Part shown: in pieces, positions 25,565-38,824 of the stretch
Layout: every line of letters starts with the position of its first letter
How positions within the stretch are numbered: the stretch's first letter is position 1
From: Octopus vulgaris
Taxonomy: Eukaryota
DNA: 64,000 bases
Assembly (NCBI GenBank): GCA_951406725.2
Contig: OX597817.1
Coordinates: 51,398,001-51,462,000, forward strand
Reading direction: 5' to 3'
Notes under the pieces: generated by a model
Seen by the model: the letters and a program-made list of their open reading frames with translations, nothing else
What the model was told of the DNA's origin: nothing
The model's database searches: none
Program-made: the position numbers and the translations under genes

Positions 25565-26173
25565 CTGAAACGCTGTTCGAACTTAGAGGAAAACTTAGAT
25601 CAAGCAATTTACGGAACCTTAAAATCCGTACAATTTCTACTCCATAGAGTACTCCTCTCTCGCATATTTCATGGTATCTTTTTTCCCTACTTACTATTCT
25701 AGTGATTTGCCCAACCTCCATTTCTATGCATAGCTAATAGCTTGATATATTCACAATTATCTTTCAAATTGAAATGAAGATTCTTTCCTAGATTCCATCA
25801 TATCAAGACAGTCAATTAATGCATAAATTAAGAACGGCTGAGATGTCTGTGCAACCGATCAAATATAAGGCTGGCTGTATAGCGTTTTTACTTTATCATC
25901 ACATCATTTTTATGCCTTGTAAATATCGCAGCCATCCTAGGTGATAAATAATGATGGATTACTAACCAAATTTTCTATGATACATGTGTATGCATCTATA
26001 TGTATATATGCATGTAGGGGTGTGTGTACATAAATAAATAAATACATAAATAAATAAATAAATACATAAATAAATATATATATAAATATACATATAATTA
26101 TTTGAGGGAATATTATTCCTAACTTACAGGGAAAAATTCAATTTAGAAATAGTAAATCAAATTTCACAAAATG

Positions 26174-26213
<40 letters not shown>

Positions 26214-26878
26214 TAGAAAAAAAAACACCTTTTATCAATTCAAATTGAACAATTAAATTACACAATCTAGAAAATTACATATAATAGATATATTAAAAAT
26301 AAAATAACAATAATATACCAATGATTAAGTAAATTGCAAAATAATAATAAAACGTATATATTTGATAGAATAATGACACGTCTTTCTTGGCTATATTTAA
26401 GAAATGATTATAGTAAAAAAATTAATAGTAGTAGTAAAATCACTTCGATATAAATATAGCCACTTATTAGGTTAAAAATAAACTATAAAAATAAAATAAT
26501 TAATTAATTTATATACGTAAAAAATATTTTAAAATATAAATATATATCTTTAAAAAAAATATATATATATAAATATATATATAAGATACTAAATATACAT
26601 TAAGGGAAGACAAAAAAACAATACTTAAATTATACAATACTTTAAACTTAATTAATATACACAATGTTAGTACAAGCCATTAATATTGTAATCAAAATAA
26701 GAAATGGTTCAAATATAGACAAACTCATTAAATATGCTAACTATATAATTAATATATATGTGTAGTATCTATAAATTTAATATATCACTCAATAATATAG
26801 TTGACTAAATATCAATTAATATAATACCTTATTATCTTAAATTTAATACTACTTAACAAATATGTCACCTAATTATTA

Positions 26879-26925
<47 letters not shown>

Positions 26926-26939
26926 ATACATACATACAT

Positions 26940-27018
<79 letters not shown>

Positions 27019-27021
<3 letters not shown>

Positions 27022-27754
27022 TCTAGAGAACTTTCTTTGTAGTTTGATCGTTGATGATCTATTTCTAGCATACGGCCGATTACCTAGCAGTCTTGCCCTG
27101 CCAATATACACATATATTAGAATTTTCTCTGATTTCTCAGATTTTTTGCATGCTAGACTACTGGTTTTAAATTGATATTAAAATTAATATTAATTTATCT
27201 CCATCATTATTTAAATATTGAAATAAATACGTTCTCTAGTAGCAAACACTAACCGCAGTGAATTATTTACTGCAGTTCTTCGCTTCAGGAATTCTTTAGC
27301 GCGCCGGAACTAAGACATTTGAAGTTTTATCCCTAATGTAATCGGTAAAACTAAACACGTGTCTGTTTTGGCACAGAAAGCTGGGGTTAGTTTTTTCAGA
27401 TTGCATTTACACTGTACGATTGTACTGATGAGGCCTCGGACATTTGAATTATGTAAGTAATTCTTTTGTTAAAGGCCGAAACCGAGGTATGCAATTAATT
27501 CTGTTTTTTATATAAATTTTCATCTGTCTTGCCCGCCAAATTTGGTTCTGGTGTTCGTGAATTTTTCCTCTAGAGAACTTTCTTTGATCGTTGATGATCT
27601 ATTTCTAGCATACGGCCGACTACCTAGCAGTCTTGCCCTGCCAATATACACATATATTAGAATTTTCTCTGATTTCTCAGATTTTTTGCATGCTAGACTA
27701 CTGGTTTTAAATTGATATTAAAATTAATATTAATTTATCTCCCTCATTATTTAA
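27019..27754 (+). mobile_element. Retrozyme/pLTR-like non-coding element: ~190-bp direct repeats around one hammerhead, inserted in (TA)n
   Basis: 27019-27214 is repeated at 27566-27754; (TA)n on both flanks; hammerhead at 27419-27495. Confidence 0.8.
27419..27495 (+). ncRNA. Type I hammerhead, intact core, GUA site (predicted cut after 27489)
   Basis: ATTGTA-CTGATGA-GGCCT...AGGCC-GAAA-CCGAGG-TA-TGCAAT. Confidence 0.88.
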
Positions 27755-27759
27755 TTATT

Positions 27760-27814
<55 letters not shown>

Positions 27815-28085
27815 TTATTTATATAAACAAACCCGAAAAGCTTTGTGAGTTAAGAAGAGAAAGCTAGTATGATAATAACTGTATATAATTACTATATTTT
27901 TATTAAATAGATGGGTGAACGTTTGGCCAATCGGATGTACAAGCGTTGATTTATGGGTTTGATTCTGCCAGAGGTTAGCTCATCATTTTTTGATCATTTG
28001 TTTGTAGTTAAAATTTGTCGTTTGAAATCGGAGAATACATATTATCATAGAGTTATACACATACATATATATATATATGTATGTG

Positions 28086-28175
<90 letters not shown>

Positions 28176-28539
28176 TGTGCGTTTGTGTTCAATTAAATCA
28201 TAGCGTTTCCTTTCAGCATATACGCAAGGATTTTTTCTATGTCCTTAGTTAAATATATATATATATATGGCGCGTGGTCTAGTGGGTTGGGTACGAACTG
28301 CACGTTTTGTATTAGAGCAAAACACTTTATTTCACGTTGCTCTACGATTATTTCGACATCTGACATATGGTATATTTGTGCACATTTACAGGCAACGTCG
28401 ATTTGATCGTGGAAGTGAGCTTATGTACTGCGCATACTTTTGATCACTATGAACATGCACATATGTGTGTTTGTGTGTGTAAGTGTGTGTGTGGTCTGAT
28501 CAATACTTATTCGGACAGTTCCCATAGTAACGATATTAA

Positions 28540-29180
28540 AACAGAGTGAAGCTGCTTGGCACAGATTGACCTTGACCTCTGCTGTCCATGCCATGTGCAC
28601 CCGTTTTAACGTTCTAGCTTACTTGTGCTGTTTACCGCAGTGCTTGAAAATAACGTGTGCCCTGGTCTTCATTGACCATGGCAGAGAAAGTCGAGCAGAG
28701 AATCTGCATCAAATTTTGCCAAAAGCTTGGCGTTACCTGATCAGAGACCTACGCAAACTTTTCAAAATGTTTTCATCGTTTTCTCACACTATCAATGAGA
28801 TCTTATACAACTTAAACCCGAATCTTCAATACCCAAATCTTCAATGATAATGGGCTGCACTGAATTGTACTCTGCACATACTCTGATAACTCGACGATTT
28901 CCCCCTCACAGCTACCCGCACATCTGCGATGTTTTTCTCCGTTCTGCTGGTGACGGATCCCCCAGAATATCGACATTTTGACCATCTTGGAAACATCTGA
29001 ACCACTCGTACACTTGTGTGCTGCCCATATACTCCTCTCCATATACATCCTGCAACTTGCGTAGGCCTCTGAGCAGGTATCACCATGAGAAATTTCTCTG
29101 TCATGGTCAATGTAACGATCACGTTTTACACACGTTACTTCGAAGCACTGCTGTAAACAGCGGATGTGAGCTAGAATGTT
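28540..29180. mobile_element. Two decayed mariner 5' fragments in opposite orientation
   Basis: Plus strand MAEKVEQRICIKFCQKLG; minus strand (frameshifted) VYEWFRCFQDG..TSRTEKNIADVRVAVR, typical of the mariner HTH region. Confidence 0.8.
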
Positions 29181-29257
29181 AAAAACTTAGCGCGCATGCA
29201 GAGATTAGAAAATTACTATTTGTAAATCTAACAACGTGAAATATTCAGCAACAGTAC

Positions 29258-29518
29258 TTTGGAGTAAAGAATGTTTGCCAACATAACATGATAGTCCTGG
29301 TTTAGGACAAATTTTGCTGTAATTTAGCCCCAGGAGACATCGTTTTCAGCTGGCTATACGACACGATCTGAGTCTTTATATTTCCTTCTTCAAAAATATA
29401 AGGACACAGATCGTGCCGTATAGCCAGCTGGGGAGGATTCTCCTGGGGCTAAATTACAGCAACATTCATCCTGAACCATGATTGCCATATTATGCTGGCA
29501 AACAATCTTTACTCTAAA
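29258..29518. mobile_element. Foldback/MITE-like element, ~125-bp arms with ~10-nt loop
   Basis: TTGCTGTAATTTAGCCCCAGGAGA / TCTCCTGGGGCTAAATTACAGCAA and flanks are reverse-complementary. Confidence 0.85.
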
Positions 29519-30605
29519 TCAGAGATTCTGAACACGGGTTCACATGGTCCCTGAGGATCCATATAAGATTTGGTGGTGTTGAGGTCCCCGCAACAAACAA
29601 CTATTTTAGGGATCAACAATAATGTTTTAAGAGCCACTGAAAGTATTTTGCTTTAGCCCTATGTATTGATATGTATTGCAAAAATAAGTAGGTTTCTTTC
29701 TCTACCATTTTACATAGTTTAATGTACACAAGGGAATGAGTAAAAAACAAAATTTCTAACCGATAACCAGTTAATGAAATAAACCTTATTCCTTTTCATT
29801 AATATACGTACCTATGTATATTTTCCTCCGTATCGTAAACTCCTTACAACGTAGGATGAGTAGATGACAAATATTTTTAATTACGAATTACTGATAATGA
29901 CTTTGAAATTGAAAAAGTTTAATGTCTATATTAAGGTGTCATTTCAGAAATACTTCACAGAATACATTATATAAAAATCGCCATAGAATTGGTGATGATG
30001 TTCGTTAAATATCGAACTTGGAAAGTAAAGTGTTTCTTTTGAAGTACGCAAATTGAGAGCGCGAATTATATATATATATATACATATATATTAACGTTTG
30101 TTTTTATGTCATAATAAAAGAAACTTTACATTAATCTGATGGGATACTCTATACTTTTATTATTACCATACAAAAATGCTGTTAACAGTGACTTCGAGGT
30201 TTTGGGCAGCCATGGTGATATATCTTTCTGCTTCCTTCACCAATGCTGTTTGTAATGCTCCTGATTAATATCCAGATATAAACGCTTCGTGGAAACGTAA
30301 TTTTTTGTATTATAAATATTTCTCTGATGAGATTTTAATAGGAAATTCCTTACATGACTATCTCGTATGTAAATCTTTGTAATTCCTATTAGCAAATGAA
30401 ACTCATGTAACGCATACTGAAAAAAGCTAACAAATTTCCACTTACCTTTTTTCATACTTTAATTCTTCAAGTATTTCCATACATTTTCAAGTTAATTTGT
30501 ATTTCGACCAACATAGAGTGGCAGATGTGGATACATATACAATGTTTTAATAGAATAAGGAAATGTACTTCAAGAGGAAACAGATAGAATTTACCTTAAC
30601 TACCA

Positions 30606-30664
<59 letters not shown>

Positions 30665-30670
30665 CATATG

Positions 30671-30717
<47 letters not shown>

Positions 30718-32840
30718 TCTGCTAACATAAGTCGTGGAGAGTAGTGTTCAGTTACTCAATAAATGAAAGCTGCATTAAATATTACAAAAGGTACACGTCG
30801 GACAGACATGGAAGGACCGGAAAGGATGAAAGGCAAAGTCGACCTCTGCGAAATTTGAAGTCGGAATGTAAAGACAGACGAAATACCGCTAAGCATTTCG
30901 CCCGGCGTACTAACCTGAAGTTTCAAATATAATACAACGCTAAAGCAACAGGGGATGAAAAGAGAGAGGCTGATTGCCATTGAAGCGACTGGGAAATAGA
31001 GTATGATGGGATATGTTTTATAATTCCTGTCTGGGTTTATGTTATATCACAGGCAGATTATGAACCGTGTTAAGCTTATAACGGATTGATCTCTAACAAT
31101 GAGTGTCGGTGATCAGTCACAAATTCTGCTTGAACCGTAAAATCCACAATGTTAAGAACACTTTGGGGTCTCGGAACGATGTCTCTTTTTCCCCATATTG
31201 TTTATTTTTCATTAATCACTGATACCTTCAACACCGTTCTTTACACCAAACATCCGTGATAAACGAGTATAAATGCATTATTCAAGTTGTGCTGTACAAA
31301 AGATATGCTTCATAGAATGTAATATTACCGTTCACGTGATACTACTGCAGCTTCATAATCCTGTACGGTTTCAATTTCCAACAATATCTTCATTTTGCAT
31401 TATATTATTAAATTCAGCTAACACCAGTTATTTATTTCCCAATATGGTATAACTTGTAGTTTACGGTAATATCTACAGCATACACTGCGCTATAATGTGA
31501 ACTCTACATCAAATATTTACAGCATTTTCCTAATATGATAAAACTTACAGAATACTGCAGGTGAACCTCATATTGAATAATGAAATATATATATATTAGA
31601 TGAGCATTTAATGTAAAGCTCCCTTAGGCCAACATTATTGTATGTACTTTGGCAGATAAAATATCGTATGTTAATAAGTAGTTATTCTAAGATTCTCCTG
31701 TTCTTGATTCTACTTAAAGCTTAATGTAGTTAGTTACAACTTAATTCAGGATTTCGAAAATGACTGTATGAGGTGACTGACGAATGACAGGCAACAAATG
31801 AGAAAATACTGAACTTTCACCTTTTCAATATGAAGGGAAGTATTGTATCACTTGGGATTAAATATATCATTGGCATTATAGCGATACGTTGCCATAGTTC
31901 TGTCCAATAAGTACCAATCAATACAAATTCCCTGAGACCGAGTCTAAACATGATCATTAAAATGGAGTCGACTTTTAGGGTTAGTCCAAGCGGGCGTAAT
32001 CCGAAAGGAATAAGCTGTTTCGAAAATTATGTAGGATAATTAATAGCTTTCCTGTCGTCTCGAAAATGTCATCGTAAATCCAGAAACTCCATTTGTCAAG
32101 TGTTTCAAAGCTCATGTTGCAGAAGATTCTTCATTTTGGTAGGGGTTTTTTTTTGGTGGGTGGGTTATTTACTTTTGTAATTCAAGAGAGTCATTATGTC
32201 AGTAATAAACATACGTAGCCTTTTAATTTCACTTTTTTTTTTAATTTCTCGACAAAAAGTTAATTATTTAACCAATTAGCTGATCGACTGTTTAATTAAT
32301 GATACGGTTAATCAATTAAACCAGCAATGTTCGTCGTCATTCCCGTTCTCTTCAATCTCATTCCCTCTCTACTACAGGTCCGATTCAAATTTGTAAGATC
32401 ATTTTCTTACAAATGTATCCAATACAATCGTCAGAATTATTAAATTCGCATGTAACGACTTAACGATGGATCCTAGTCTTATTCAAATGTAACAATGTTT
32501 CTATTTAAACCGTCATTATTCTCCGTAATCACATTCTTTGTTTGCTGCATTCATTGTTTGTATACCGCATCACTATAAGACTTCATGTTGCTGAAGAATC
32601 GGAAACGTCTCACATGCATTAATAATGGTGATTGTTAATTAATTTCTTTATTATTCCTGTATTGAAACTTTTTCGTATATAGTCTGCTGAAAATGATATT
32701 TTAGTTTTGTCATTCTTCATTAATATATGTACCCCTTCAAGGAACGAGCAGACAGAAGCGGTTGTCAAGACATGGTAGCGGAGAAATTCAGACACAACAC
32801 ATACAGACATACACTTACCGCCCATATACATATATATATT

Positions 32841-32889
<49 letters not shown>

Positions 32890-32921
32890 GCATGTGTGTG
32901 TGTATGTGTATTATTTTATTC

Positions 32922-33185
32922 TTTTAATCTTTTATTTGTTTCAGTCATTTGACTGCGGCTATGGTGGAGCACTGCCTTTAGTGGAACAAATCGACCCCAG
33001 GACTTATTCTTTGTAAGCTTAGTCCTTATTCTATCGCTCTCTTTTGCCGAACCGCTACATTACGGGGACGTACACACACCAACATCAGTTGTCAAGTGAT
33101 GGTGTGGGATAAACACAGACACAAATACACACATGATGGGCTTCTTTCAGTTTCCGTGTACCAAATCCTCTCACAAGGCTTTAGT
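32922..33185 (-). mobile_element. SINE-A, 5'-truncated
   Basis: Reverse-complement similarity to 4438-4845. Confidence 0.8.
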
Positions 33186-33267
33186 TGAAGCTGCTCGTGT
33201 GCGGTGTAGGGAGAAGCAATGGCTCTATGTACCGCCCGAAAATACCTTAGGTTCGAAATTTCCCCAA

Positions 33268-33313
33268 AACACCTGATGAAAGCTGGATGGTATATCAGCC
33301 GAAACGTTGTGTT
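33268..33313 (+). ncRNA. Minimal hammerhead (family E)
   Basis: AACAC-CTGATGA-A-AGCTGG..TCAGCC-GAAACGTT-GTGTT. Confidence 0.8.
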
Positions 33314-33434
33314 AACAACAAACAATATGAGGACAAATATCCGTCAAATGTAAATAGTGTACTTAGTATTACAGGTTTACACTTTTATTGCCTCCAAAGT
33401 ATTCTCCATTTGAAGCAATGCATTCGTCCAGACA

Positions 33435-34770
33435 TGTTAGTTAGTTAGTTAGTTAATTTGGTTCAAAAGCAAATAGCAAGGCCATGTAAGGGGACATGGA
33501 GTTAAGTGCAGGGTGGTGTTCATGTAAAGAGTTCAGGCCACTTGAGGTCAAGGGAGGCTTTGAACAAAGGGTGTGTTGCATGAGGTCGTCGGGCAAGTCA
33601 TTTATGAAGACTAAGAACAATAAGGGCCCAAGCACTGAACCTTGAGGCACATCACTGCTCGCACTGGAGACGTCGGACCGCGAACCATTAACTTGGACTT
33701 GGAAGGAGCGATCTGAGAGGAAGGCACCAACCCATCGTACAATATCCGGATGGAAACTATATGCTTGAAGATTGACAAGTAATAGGCGGTGGTTTACCGA
33801 GTCAAAAGCTTTGGCAAAGTCCAATAAAACGATGTCAACAGCATCACTATCATCGACGATGCGCGTCACCAATTCTTCCATTACCAGTAAGTTGGTCAAG
33901 CATGATCTCTTCGGCACGAAGCCGTGTTGGGAATCAGAGATAGAGGCTGTGTTTTGGAGGTGGAGAATCATACTTTTCTTAAGGATGGTTTCGAACATCT
34001 TGCTGATTATTGATGTAAGGGAAACCGGTCGGTAGTTAAGCGGGTCTTCGCGGCTCCCTTTCTTGAAAATTGGGCAGATTATCGCTGTTCTCCAGTCCGC
34101 AGGTATAAAACCCGTCGCCAATGACATATTGAATAGACGTGTTAAGGGCTCGCAGATGACCGGAGCCAACGCTTTGATAACCCGTGGGTGTATGCCGTCA
34201 GGGCCGTGACCCTTGTTGACATCGAGGCCTTGAATAACACGTTTGACTTCGTCCCGCGTGATGACCAATCGAAGCATTGGTGGTACCGATCTATCAAATG
34301 GAGAGGGTTCACGACCATCATCTCGTTTGAAAATAGTTGAAAAAGCCTCAGCAAATAATTGACTCTGTTGATAAGGGTCCCCAATCGATACGCCTGTTGA
34401 GTCTACCAACGTTGCAATCTGGTTGTTCAAGCGGGAATTCCGTTGGACATGGGCAAAGAAGGTTTTTGGATTGCTACTGGCATTTGCCGCGATTTTGTAT
34501 TCATAACTGAAGCGATCTTCCTTTTCAATTTTCACGACTCGTTCTCGTTGAGCTTTGTACACCTCAAAAGCAGCAGTCGAATCCAGATTTTTGAATTCAG
34601 CCCAAGCAATATCTCTGAGTCGAAGTTCTCGTTTAACCTTCTTCGTCACCCAGGGCTTGTGTTTCTTCTTCTTGGGAAGCCCAACGAGAACTGCCTGGTC
34701 AGTCAACCAGATTACATATGCCTTGAGGGATGACCATAGTTCGTCAACTGAGGACAACGTCATCAGGGAT
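33435..34770 (-). mobile_element. CR1-group LINE fragment: ORF2 tether + RT N-terminal half, internal deletion, 3' UTR and (TAAC)n tail
   Basis: GPDGIHP, PIFKKG, NYRPVSLTS, QHGF, LDFAKAFDSV, VPQGSVLGPLLFLVFINDL; the ORF jumps to non-RT sequence before the YADD motif. Confidence 0.92.
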
Positions 34771-36048
34771 CTCCAACATGTTTTCTACTGTTGGAAGCAG
34801 TGTTGGAAGTCTTACGAAGTTATGCATTTTAACGCCGCCGTGGTTTTTTCCTCACCTCTTCCACATCTGTAAATTCCGGAGCACCAGCTTTCGTTACAAG
34901 TGGTGACCTTCGAGAAAAGGAACGGATCAACTTCCAACTGTTCTTTCGATTCATAACACGCATTCAGTCGTGACTGTTTTTGATCTCCTACATTTTTGAT
35001 CATCTGTATTCGTATGCATTTATTGAAAATATTATTGATGTGTTCCCAAATTATGTGGCATTTAAATTTTTAACGAGTGGCTTGGTAAACGACAAGCTTT
35101 TATAATTATGATTTAGTAATTGTATTTGGTAAAGTCTATGGAAATGGTATTACCAATGCAAAATACAGAACATTCCTTTGTCACAAACACCGTTCCGCAT
35201 TAGAAGGAAAATTAACTTACAACTGGAAAAGTCTCCTACCAGACTTAGTCCTGATTTATATAATATAAGATTGTCAAAATCCACACATATATTTAGTAAT
35301 ATAGCGATCAATATATTTTTATTAAGGCTTCATCTAGAAGTGATATCTATCTTAAATAGTGAATTACATTTTCACTAATCACATAACACACGTGTTTTGT
35401 GCGTATCTTATGTTTGTGTACGCGGGTGTGTATATGTGTACGTGTATGTGTATGTGTATGTGTGTGTGTGTGTGTGTGTATGTAATTAAAAGATGTGTTT
35501 TATATATGTGCTAACTGAACAGAACACTCAGCAGGATTGCTGAGTCTAATATCCACAAGGCACCTAATTACCAATCACTTCGAATATATATATATAATAG
35601 AAATATGTTACAAAAAGAAAGTAGAAACTACGCGTGGTAATGTAAGGGGAAAGTAAGAAAAATCAACAAAAATTCACATTGTAAATAAAAAAAGTAAAGG
35701 CTTTTTATGAAAGGTAACCACAGATGAACAATTAGATGAACTGAGGTAGGAATTAAAGTAATAAAAGTCATTATTATGAGATTATTAAAGAGATTAAAGC
35801 ATAGCTCGATATATATATATATATATATATATATGTAAGTATGTATATACATATATGTTTGTGCGTGTGTGTATGGGTGAATAAATTATAAGGGAGAGGG
35901 TTAAAAAAACTTTACATGCTTAGAAATAACATTCAAATTCCGCCATAAAGCCACTATAATCATTCATATGAATTCTCCTGAACCATAAATGCGTTCGGCG
36001 AGCGCCATGACATATAAAATTTAAAACCTAACTAGAAATAAAAGGTTA

Positions 36049-36111
36049 GTCCTCTATTGCAATTTCGAAGTTAGGAACTAAAACTGGATCCATTTTTCTC
36101 TTCAGAAGAAC
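36049..36111 (-). ncRNA. Type I hammerhead, intact core, AUA site
   Basis: GTTCTT-CTGAAGA-GAA...TTC-GAAA-TTGCAA-TA-GAGGAC; palindromic stem III ATTGCAAT; stem I 6 bp with three G-U pairs. Confidence 0.75.
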
Positions 36112-38189
36112 ATTTCTGTACATAGGTTTTAACGCAAAAAAAACATTGCTTTGGGCTTAGCATGTTTCCCGGCCGACAAGAATATATATATGAAGAAGAA
36201 TTCAAGTAGGGTTCAAAATTCAGAACAAGTGTTTCGGGAATATTTCATTGAAGAATTCTTAGGTTATACGATAGCGAAAAGTCGATATCATTAGATAAAT
36301 TTTAAACAGAGCAACATGCAAGATAAAACCAGAAAATGACCCGTGGATCAACTACCATGATGAACAAGTCACATACATACATACTGACAGACAGAGAGAC
36401 AGACTTGTATGCATATATGCATGTTTGTATGTATGGGTGTAATGAATTGATCAAATTGTTTAGAAAGATTTATTTTTTCGTTTTCATCGCAATGGTCAGT
36501 AGATTCCGTTTGTTGCTGTTCCATTGTGTATTTTCAATGAAATTATCTAGGTTCTATTGTAATATGAGCATGTGGGGTTCTAACCAATCAACAAGTCTTA
36601 AAACTCGAAATTAAAATCAGATAATCAAATTTCATGAACATTATAAATATTACGCATCTGATAATACGAATTCAATTGTTTTAAATGACATTTCTATGGA
36701 AAAGCTCATTGTTTTTTATGCTTGTAATTTCCTTGGTTCAATAATAACAGAAAATATAATTCTGTAAAATTGAAAATTATGTTCAATTGTTTCATTTATT
36801 CTTCGTTCTTCTTTGATGAGGTTTGATATTTTACCTCATATTACGCAACTCCCTTATCACAAATATGACTCAAAATGGCGCAGAGTCAAAATGACAAATG
36901 TTCATGATATTTCCCTTTCGTGAATGATTTCAATCACGAACTAATTCACATCATGATTTAACCTTATCGTTCTCAAAGGATTTTCAAGATTCATTTCGTT
37001 TTTTACTGTCATATAAAGTTAGTTGAATATCAGAGTTTAAATTTTACAAAAAGAAAAATAAGTTTAAAACCAGCGATTTAATTAATTTAAACTTGATGGA
37101 TAATTGTGTGGTAAAGTAGCATTTTTGATTTCTTTATCGTTAACTTATTTTATAATTTTATCTTGTTTCCTTAAGAATATAGCATCCAGATAATTATGAT
37201 AAACAATTTAAGAAATATTAAATCTTGATAGATAACAAGGTTTCCTAAATAATTTCTAAGACGGAGAGAAGCTTAACTACGATTTCTAAAGTGTTGGCAT
37301 TCAAATGATTTCAACACATTTGTTTTTTTTCATTTTCTTGATATCACCTGCAGATATTTCGATGACAGAAATGACATCGAATAGATTTATGCTGCTATTT
37401 GCATTGAATATCTATTGCAAATTTGAATATACAGAACAACTTTACACCTGTGAAAAATTATGTACACTTAAGTCTCCATCACGATAACCTTCATGTCATT
37501 GTTAGTGTCGGGTCACAAAGCAATTATAATAAAAAATGTCAAATTTCCTTTACAGTAAGGGAGCATTTAATTGTAACTAATCAAAAATTGATAAAACAGA
37601 AATTTAAAATCAGATAATTAAATTTCATAAACATGATAAATATAATACATCAGATAATATCAATTCTAAATTTATAAATGGTATTTCATGCAACACCTTA
37701 TTCACTTTTTAACTTTGAAAATCTTTACTCTTTCATAATCAAAAAATTTATACAATTCTGTAAAACTGAAAAAATTCTTTAGATTCTAATAGTTTTATTG
37801 CATTTTTCTTTAAGGGGCTTTTCCCCTTTCTCGCATATTTTAGAAATCCGTCATGTTGAATATTGCGAAAAATATGGCTCAGGTTTAGAATGACAAATGT
37901 TTAAGAAGCACAAAGCATCACGATTGAATTCAACATTAAACTTATGCTTATCAAAATATTAGAAGCTGCAATCTTTTTATCCTTTGCTTGTTACAGTTAT
38001 TTGACTACAGCCTTGCAATAATTTAAAGATGAAAACAGAGATTAGACTTTATAAACAAAGTTTATGACAACAAGAGATGGAATAAACTGAAACTTGTGGC
38101 TATTTTTAATGTTGAATAATGTTCTTGGCTCGTTTATCATTAAAACATTCAATAATGTCGTGTTACCTTCAAAAATATACACACGATTA

Positions 38190-38400
38190 CTATTCTTTTA
38201 TTTGTTTCAGTCATTTGACTGCGGCCATGCTGGAGCACCACCTTTAGTCGAGCAATCGACCCCATGACTTATTCTTTGTAAGCCCGGTACTTATTTTATC
38301 TGTCTCTCTTGCCGAACCGCTAAGTTACGGGGACGTAAACACACCACCATCGGTTGTCAAGCGATGTTGGAGGGACAAACACACTCACACAAACATATAC
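38190..38400 (-). mobile_element. SINE-A 3' half
   Basis: Reverse-complement similarity to 4438-4845. Confidence 0.8.
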
Positions 38401-38537
38401 ATACATATATATATGTACATATATATATGTACATATATCTGTGTGTCTTTTGACATAATTTCTCCACACACACACACACATGCAGGCGTACAAAAAGAAG
38501 CGCACTCGCACACATGTGTGTGTTTGTGTGTGTGTAA

Positions 38538-38710
38538 GAGGGTGTGCTGAAAAGTTCTTGGCTTAGTTTAGAAGGAAATAAAGGAAGATGGGTTAATTAT
38601 GATTGCACTCAATATATTCCCTTATCGTGTTCACACACTTACTGCACTTGTCCTTCAGTTTTTCTAAGCCCTGTAAAAGAACTCGGACGTTTGGGCCTCA
38701 AACCAGGCAA
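38538..38710 (-). mobile_element. Mariner 3' end fragment with TIR
   Basis: TIR-like GAGGGTGTGCTGAAAAGTTC; minus strand GLEKLKDKCSKCVN..GEYIE-like C-terminus. Confidence 0.65.
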
Positions 38711-38785
38711 AAACAACAGGCAGAGATAGATTAGGAAACAACAAACAGGGCATTTTGATTCGAAGCTCAGGAAAAATTGAAGAAA

Positions 38786-38824
38786 CCTTTTTATATTTCG
38801 AGCCTTAGCTCTTCTGCAGAAAGG
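38786..38824 (-). ncRNA. Minimal hammerhead variant in a solo Neptune-like pLTR fragment (~38720-38880)
   Basis: CCTTT-CTGCAGA-A-GAGC-TAAG-GCTC-GAAATATA-AAAAGG; downstream TTTCCTGAGC shared with 54261. Confidence 0.6.
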
